Shown: piece by piece, positions 27,148-32,000 of the stretch | Layout: every line of letters starts with the position of its first letter | Position numbering within the stretch: the stretch's first letter is position 1 | Origin: Candidatus Arthromitus sp. SFB-rat-Yit | Lineage (GTDB): Bacteria; Bacillota; Clostridia; Clostridiales; Clostridiaceae | Assembly (NCBI RefSeq): GCF_000283555.1 | Contig: NC_016012.1 | Location: 330,001 to 362,000, forward strand | Direction: 5' to 3' | DNA length: 32,000 nucleotides | Made by a program: the position numbers and the translations under genes | The notes under the pieces: model-generated | Database searches by the model: none | The model's input: only the letters and a program-made list of their open reading frames with translations | Told to the model about the DNA's origin: nothing

Positions 27148-28007
27148 ATGGGACTTAATATTTTAGATAGGTTAATAGAATATGCTATAATAGATATTTT
27201 TGAGGATACTAAGCTTAAAATTTTGGGGTTTCCATATAAATGTAAGTTCGTGAAGAGAAGAGAGCAAGATAATTTTTACATAAAAGATGCAGTGCTTAAT
27301 TTTACTATGATGACTCAAAAAAATAAGATCATACATTTTGAATTTAAAAAAGAATATTTTTATAATGATATATATAAGTTTCTAGTATATTCATCATTTC
27401 TCATATATGAAAATAAGTATGATTATGAATTAGTTTTAGTTTACCCACAGAGATCTCGTAAAATAGTAAAAAATATGGCATTTACATCTCTAAGATTTTT
27501 TTATACAGATATGTATTTAGATTGTTTTAATGGAGATAAGATTTTAATGAAATTATCAGCTAAGGCGGCTAAAAAGAAGAAGTTTACTGATGAAGAGTAT
27601 TTGATACTTTCTCTTACTCCATATATGTATTCAAAGAGAGAGAAGATAACATTGATACTTGAAGGGCTAAGGTTAGCAAATGATTTGAATACAAAAAAAA
27701 ACATAGTGTTATTATAATAATTTTAATTTTAGCAGAAAGTTTTTTAGATGAGTCTGATATGTATAAGGTGAAGAAGGAGATAAAGATGTATAAGATTGGG
27801 AAGATGATATTTGAAGAGGGAATGAAGAGTGCATCTAATGATGTTGAGAGGGAAATTTCTGGTAGAATGATACGAAAAGGTAAGAATCAAGCTAAGGTAG
27901 AACTTGCTGTTGAAATGATGAAAAATAAAGAAGAATTGAATAAAATTATTAAATATACTGGATTTACTAAGAAAGAACTTGAAAAAATTTACTATACATT
28001 TAAATAA
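27148..28007 (+). pseudogene. Rpn/PD-(D/E)XK nuclease family transposase-like gene, split in two frames at an A9 tract (27693-27701)
   Basis: ORF1 (ends 27717) has a KDAVLNFTM...IIHFEFKKEY D...ExK-like core. ORF2 (27759-28007) has the typical family C-terminus. The ORF2 frame stays open back through the A-run and reads KKHSVIIIILILAESFLDESDMYKVKKEIKMYKIGKMIFEEGMKS, so a -1 shift at the run rejoins one protein. Confidence 0.7.
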
Positions 28008-28039
28008 TAACTTGGAATGCTTATTCCAAGTTATTTTTT
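28006..28039 (+). terminator. Intrinsic terminator after the Rpn-family gene
   Basis: AATAACTTGGAAT / ATTCCAAGTTATT perfect 13-bp stem, loop GCTT, followed by TTTT. Confidence 0.8.
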
Positions 28040-28100
28040 ATGTAAATTTAAGGTTTAAGTTATATAATTATATATATAATTTTAAAAAGGATGTTTGTTT

Positions 28101-28781
28101 ATGAAAATATTATTGGCTGAAGATGAGAAAGAGCTTTCTAATGCTATTGTAGCTATTTTAAAACATAATTATTATTCAGTTGATTGTGTTTATAATGGGG
28201 AAGATGCTTTAGACTGGATACTTAATGACGAATATGATTTGATAATTTTAGATATTATGATGCCTAAGATTGATGGGTTGAATGTATTAAAAATTTTGAG
28301 AGAAAAAAATGTGGATGTACCTGTGTTAATATTAACAGCTAAAGGAGAAATAGATGATAGGGTTATAGGTCTTGATCTTGGTGCAGATGATTACATGTGT
28401 AAGCCTTTTGATATTAAGGAGTTTTTAGCTAGAGTTAGAGCCGTTATTAGGAGAAAGCATGGAGTTACATCAAACAATTTGGAATTTAATAATATGTTTT
28501 TAAATAAACAAAGCTTTGAATTATCATATGAGGATAAAGTTGTTAGACTTGGTAATAAAGAGTATCAAATGATTGAGATGTTTATGAGTAATCCAAATGT
28601 TATAATATCTAGTGAAAAATTTATGAATAAAATATGGGGATATGATTCTGAAGCTGAAATTAATGGGGTTTGGGTTTATATTTCTTATTTGAGGAAAAAA
28701 CTTATTTCAATTGGTTCTCCTGTAGAAATTAAAGCTTTTAGAGGCATTGGATATAAACTTGAGAGTAAGAGTGATAGTTAA
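28101..28781 (+). CDS. OmpR/PhoB-family response regulator
   Basis: ILLAEDEKELSNAI, LIILDIMMPKIDGLNVLK, VLILTAKGEIDDRVIGLDLGADDYMCKPF; winged-helix output domain ending AFRGIGYKLE. ATG at 28101 preferred over the track start 28095. Confidence 0.94.
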   Translation: MKILLAEDEKELSNAIVAILKHNYYSVDCVYNGEDALDWILNDEYDLIILDIMMPKIDGLNVLKILREKNVDVPVLILTAKGEIDDRVIGLDLGADDYMCKPFDIKEFLARVRAVIRRKHGVTSNNLEFNNMFLNKQSFELSYEDKVVRLGNKEYQMIEMFMSNPNVIISSEKFMNKIWGYDSEAEINGVWVYISYLRKKLISIGSPVEIKAFRGIGYKLESKSDS

Positions 28782-30019
28782 TGGTTGATAGATTGCAACG
28801 TAAATTTATGATAATTACATCAACAACACTATTCTTTGTGTTATTTATCTTTATAATTACTGTAAATTTAATCAATATTATAAATGTTAATACTAAATCA
28901 AATACTTTGTTAGAGTTGATTACAGAATATGATGGTAATTTACCTAAGGGATTTAGGGGGGTTAATCCTTCAAATCCATATGATTTTAATGGATTTTATA
29001 AAAATGATTTTAATGGAATTGTTCCTCATAATACATATTTTTCTGCGAAAATTTTTAATGATGGACGTATTTTTGTAAACATTAAAAATACGGATTCTAT
29101 AGATTTGTTAGATGTGAAGAGTTTGGCTGAAGATGTAATTAATCTAAATAAGTATAAGGGATATAAGGGGATTTATAAATTTCAGGTGTTAGATGCTTAT
29201 GAATATAAGCTTGTGTCTTTTTTAGATTTAAGTAGTGATATATCTAAACTGATTGATTTTGGTATTATTTCGGTGTTTGTAGTTATTTTATTTGTTTGTA
29301 TATTTGGTATTATTTTGAATTTTGTATCTAAATATGCAATTAAACCATTTGTAGATAATATGGAAAAACAAAAAATATTTATAACTAATGCGGGACATGA
29401 AATTAAAACACCTCTTGCCATAATTTTGGCTAATACTGAAGTTATGGAAATGTTTAATGGTGAAAATGAGTGGACAAAAAGTACCATAAATCAAGTTAAA
29501 CGTTTAGATGGTTTAGTGAAGAGATTATTATCTTTATCAAAAATGGATGAAAATAATTTTCATATTAATAGGAAGGAAGTTCAATTTGGGAAAATTGTTT
29601 TAGAAATAATAAATGATTTTGAGGTATTCTCTAACAGTAAAAATTTGAGAATTGTCACAAATGTTAATGAAGGTTTAATTTTTAATTGTAGTGAGGAAGA
29701 TATACGTGATTTAGTTTCTATTTTGATGGATAATGCTATTAAATATAGCGATGAATTTGGGGAGATTGAGGTTTTTTTGAATTATAAAAGCGGAAAGATA
29801 GAATTTTGTGTTTCTAATACTTTTAATAATAATGTAAATGGAAATATGAATTATTTATTTGATAGATTTTACAGAATGGATAATTCGAGATCACGTGAAA
29901 CAGGAGGGTATGGACTTGGTTTATCTATTGCTGATTCTATAGTTAGAAATCATAAAGGAAAGATAAATGCTTTTTCAAAAGATGGAAAGATAAATTTTAA
30001 AATATTGTTTAATAAATAA
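28781..30019 (+). CDS. Sensor histidine kinase
   Basis: 412 aa; overlaps the RR stop by 1 nt (TAATG). Two TMs around an extracellular region, HisKA TNAGHEIKTPLAIILANTEVM, HATPase DNAIKY and GGYGLGLSIADSI. Confidence 0.94.
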   Translation: MVDRLQRKFMIITSTTLFFVLFIFIITVNLINIINVNTKSNTLLELITEYDGNLPKGFRGVNPSNPYDFNGFYKNDFNGIVPHNTYFSAKIFNDGRIFVNIKNTDSIDLLDVKSLAEDVINLNKYKGYKGIYKFQVLDAYEYKLVSFLDLSSDISKLIDFGIISVFVVILFVCIFGIILNFVSKYAIKPFVDNMEKQKIFITNAGHEIKTPLAIILANTEVMEMFNGENEWTKSTINQVKRLDGLVKRLLSLSKMDENNFHINRKEVQFGKIVLEIINDFEVFSNSKNLRIVTNVNEGLIFNCSEEDIRDLVSILMDNAIKYSDEFGEIEVFLNYKSGKIEFCVSNTFNNNVNGNMNYLFDRFYRMDNSRSRETGGYGLGLSIADSIVRNHKGKINAFSKDGKINFKILFNK

Positions 30020-30057
30020 GATCCACTTTATTATGAGTGGATCTTATATTATTTTTT
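30016..30057 (+). terminator. Intrinsic terminator after the histidine kinase gene
   Basis: ATAAGATCCACT / AGTGGATCTTAT 12-bp perfect stem, then ATTATTTTTT. The HK stop codon is inside the stem. Confidence 0.75.
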
Positions 30058-30128
30058 AAATTATTTATATGTTTAAAGCTGTTTTAAGGTTTATTTTGTA
30101 AACTGTTTTATGTAAAGGAGAGGACATT

Positions 30129-30863
30129 ATGAAAACTTTTATGAGATATGAGAAGAAGTATATGTTAACTGAAGAAAAATATTTGAGGTTAATGGATGTT
30201 TTTAAGGATAAGATGGAAGATGATATTTTCCCAAGATCTAGTATATGTAATATATATTTTGATACTTCAAATTTTCAACTTATAAGGAATTCTTTAGATA
30301 AACCTGTATATAAAGAAAAATTGAGAATGAGAAGTTATGGAGTTCCAAATAAAAATTCGTTTGTGTTTGTAGAACTTAAGAAAAAATATGATGGTGTTGT
30401 TTATAAAAGACGTGAAAAAATGCACATATGTGATGCGGAAAATTATCTTTATTTTAATAATTATCCGAAAAATGACACTCAGGTAATTAGAGAAATAGAT
30501 TGGATGATGAATCATTATAAAAATGTAATACCTAGTATGTATATTTCTTATGATAGAATTGCCATGCGTGGGATTTATGATAACGATTTAAGGATAACTT
30601 TTGATAAAAATATTTTGTATAGAGATTATAATCTTGACCTTAAGAGTGGTATATGGGGAGACAGAGTTATTAGAGAAGATGAATATTTAATGGAGATAAA
30701 GATTAGTGGAGGAATGCCTTTTTGGCTTTGTAGGATTTTAACGGATTTGAGTATTTATCCTACATCTTTTTCTAAGTATGGAGTTGCTTATCAAATTAAT
30801 AAAGGATATAGAGAATGTATTTGTAAAGATCTTTCATGTGGTAGTAGAGAATTTGCTTGTTAA
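30129..30863 (+). CDS. VTC domain-containing (polyphosphate polymerase-like) protein
   Basis: 244 aa; RYEKKYMLTEEKY, ICNIYFDTSNFQLIRNSLDKPVYKEKLRMRSYG, FVFVELKKKYDGVVYKRR, RDYNLDLKSG and LMEIKISGGMPFWL. Confidence 0.88.
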   Translation: MKTFMRYEKKYMLTEEKYLRLMDVFKDKMEDDIFPRSSICNIYFDTSNFQLIRNSLDKPVYKEKLRMRSYGVPNKNSFVFVELKKKYDGVVYKRREKMHICDAENYLYFNNYPKNDTQVIREIDWMMNHYKNVIPSMYISYDRIAMRGIYDNDLRITFDKNILYRDYNLDLKSGIWGDRVIREDEYLMEIKISGGMPFWLCRILTDLSIYPTSFSKYGVAYQINKGYRECICKDLSCGSREFAC

Positions 30864-30892
30864 AAAATTTAGTTTGGGGGAGTGTGTTTAAA

Positions 30893-31582
30893 ATGTTTAA
30901 TTGGGTTTTTGATTCTATTTTAATTGAAAATGCATCGTCTAATATTTTGGGTAAAAATATTTTAATTTGTATGAGTGTATCGATTATTCTTGGATTTTGT
31001 ATTGCTTATATATATATGTTTAGGAATGTTTATTCAAAAGGTTTTATAGTTACACTTACGCTTATGCCAGCGGTTGTTCAATTAGTTATTATGCTTGTTA
31101 ATGGTAATTTGGGTGCTGGTGTTGCTGTTACTGGAGCATTTTCACTGGTAAGATTTAGATCAGCACCTGGGAGTGCAAAGGAAATAATTAGTATATTTAT
31201 AGCAATGGCAGTTGGGCTTTCAACCGGTATGGGATATATTGGGATAGCAGTTTTATTTGTTATTATTATGGGGGCTTTAAATATTTTATTAAATGCTACA
31301 AAATTTGGTGAGGGTCCCCCACGCCAAAAGACACTTAAGATAACTATACCAGAGTCATTTGATTATACAAATGTATTTAATGATATATTTGATAAATATT
31401 TAAAGAGTTGGGAAATTTATCAGGTTAGAAGTATGAACATGGGTAGTTTATTTAAGATAGAGTATAAGATAGTTATAAAAAATTCTATAAATGAAAAAGA
31501 AATGATTGATGATATTAGATGTAGAAATGGAAATTTAGAAATTATAATTGGTAAAAATTTACCTTCTAGAGAGGAGCTGTAA
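30893..31582 (+). CDS. DUF4956 domain-containing membrane protein
   Basis: ATG at 30893 with GGGGGAG upstream (track start 30857 is a TTG). GAGVAVTGAFSLVRFRSAPGSAKEIISIFIAMAVGLSTGMGYIG. Confidence 0.88.
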   Translation: MFNWVFDSILIENASSNILGKNILICMSVSIILGFCIAYIYMFRNVYSKGFIVTLTLMPAVVQLVIMLVNGNLGAGVAVTGAFSLVRFRSAPGSAKEIISIFIAMAVGLSTGMGYIGIAVLFVIIMGALNILLNATKFGEGPPRQKTLKITIPESFDYTNVFNDIFDKYLKSWEIYQVRSMNMGSLFKIEYKIVIKNSINEKEMIDDIRCRNGNLEIIIGKNLPSREEL

Positions 31583-31586
31583 TATT

Positions 31587-32000
31587 ATGAAAAAATCTAA
31601 GTTATTACAGGCTGTTATTTCTGGTATTATATTATTTTCATTTAGTGGATGTGGTACAACCAATACTAGTGCAAGTCTCAATGCATCTCAAAATGTATCG
31701 AATGAAAATAATAATTCATCAGTAAATTTGAGTACGAGTTCAAATTCATCGACAGGACTTACTCAATCTGTAATAAAAAAGGAACTTAATGTTAAAGATT
31801 ATGAAGTTGATTATGATGAAAATTTATCAACTAAAATTAATCTATCGGATGGTCAAATAAATTATAGTGGTACAGGGGTATTGGTTAACGATAAAACTGT
31901 TACTATTAATAAGGCTGGTACTTATGTTTTAAGTGGGAATATGGAAAATGCTCAGATAATTGTTGACGTTAATAAAACAGATGATGTTAGAATTATTTTA
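31587..32000 (+). CDS. Carbohydrate-binding/DUF4353-like lipoprotein, 5' part (runs off the window)
   Basis: ATG at 31587 after GAGGAG; MKKSKLLQAVISGIILFSFSGCGTTNTSAS lipobox FSGC; then SDGQINYSGTGVLVNDKTVTINKAGTYVLSGNMENAQIIVDVNKTDDVRIIL, which resembles the DUF4353 right-handed repeat start. Confidence 0.75.
   Translation, partial: MKKSKLLQAVISGIILFSFSGCGTTNTSASLNASQNVSNENNNSSVNLSTSSNSSTGLTQSVIKKELNVKDYEVDYDENLSTKINLSDGQINYSGTGVLVNDKTVTINKAGTYVLSGNMENAQIIVDVNKTDDVRIIL

Noticed and set aside
1-32000. CRISPR arrays, rRNA, prophage modules, insertion sequence terminal repeats
   Set aside because: No regularly spaced direct repeats, no rRNA-like conserved segments, no phage structural genes and no flanking TIR/TSD pairs were recognised by eye; the only mobile-like element is the split Rpn-family gene.

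Overview
This is a very AT-rich, gene-dense window, mostly + strand, with the gene content and style of a host-associated clostridial (Firmicutes) chromosome. I suspect a segmented filamentous bacterium-like genome, but that is inference only. In order it contains: the 3' part of hprK; a CorA-like transporter; an M18 aminopeptidase; a large secreted protein with an N/Q-rich linker, Fn3-like modules and a DUF4214-like C-terminus; a Cof-type HAD hydrolase; a mannose-family PTS operon (IIAB, IIC, IID, ManO/DUF956) with a cre-like palindrome inside its promoter; a lipoprotein; tRNA-Leu(CAA); a TetR regulator divergent from an oleate hydratase with a candidate operator between them; galE; an AI-2E/YtvI-like permease; NfeD-like and SPFH proteins; DUF368; an MFS transporter; an orphan HicB-like protein; a CYTH protein; a cobalamin riboswitch with a terminator and a btuF-btuC-btuD-like operon; a deoxynucleoside kinase; deoD; a membrane-anchored KAP-like P-loop NTPase; an Rpn/PD-(D/E)XK-family gene split at an A9 run; an OmpR/HK two-component pair; a VTC-domain protein; DUF4956; and the 5' end of a lipoprotein. 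No CRISPR array and no convincing complete new multi-gene system were found. The strongest leads are: (1) the Rpn-family gene interrupted exactly at an A9 tract but rejoined by a -1 shift; (2) the 786-aa membrane KAP-like NTPase beside it; (3) an ABC ATPase gene that seems to need an AUU or AUA start codon; (4) the riboswitch terminator/antiterminator sequence mimicry; and (5) two well-defined regulatory palindromes.
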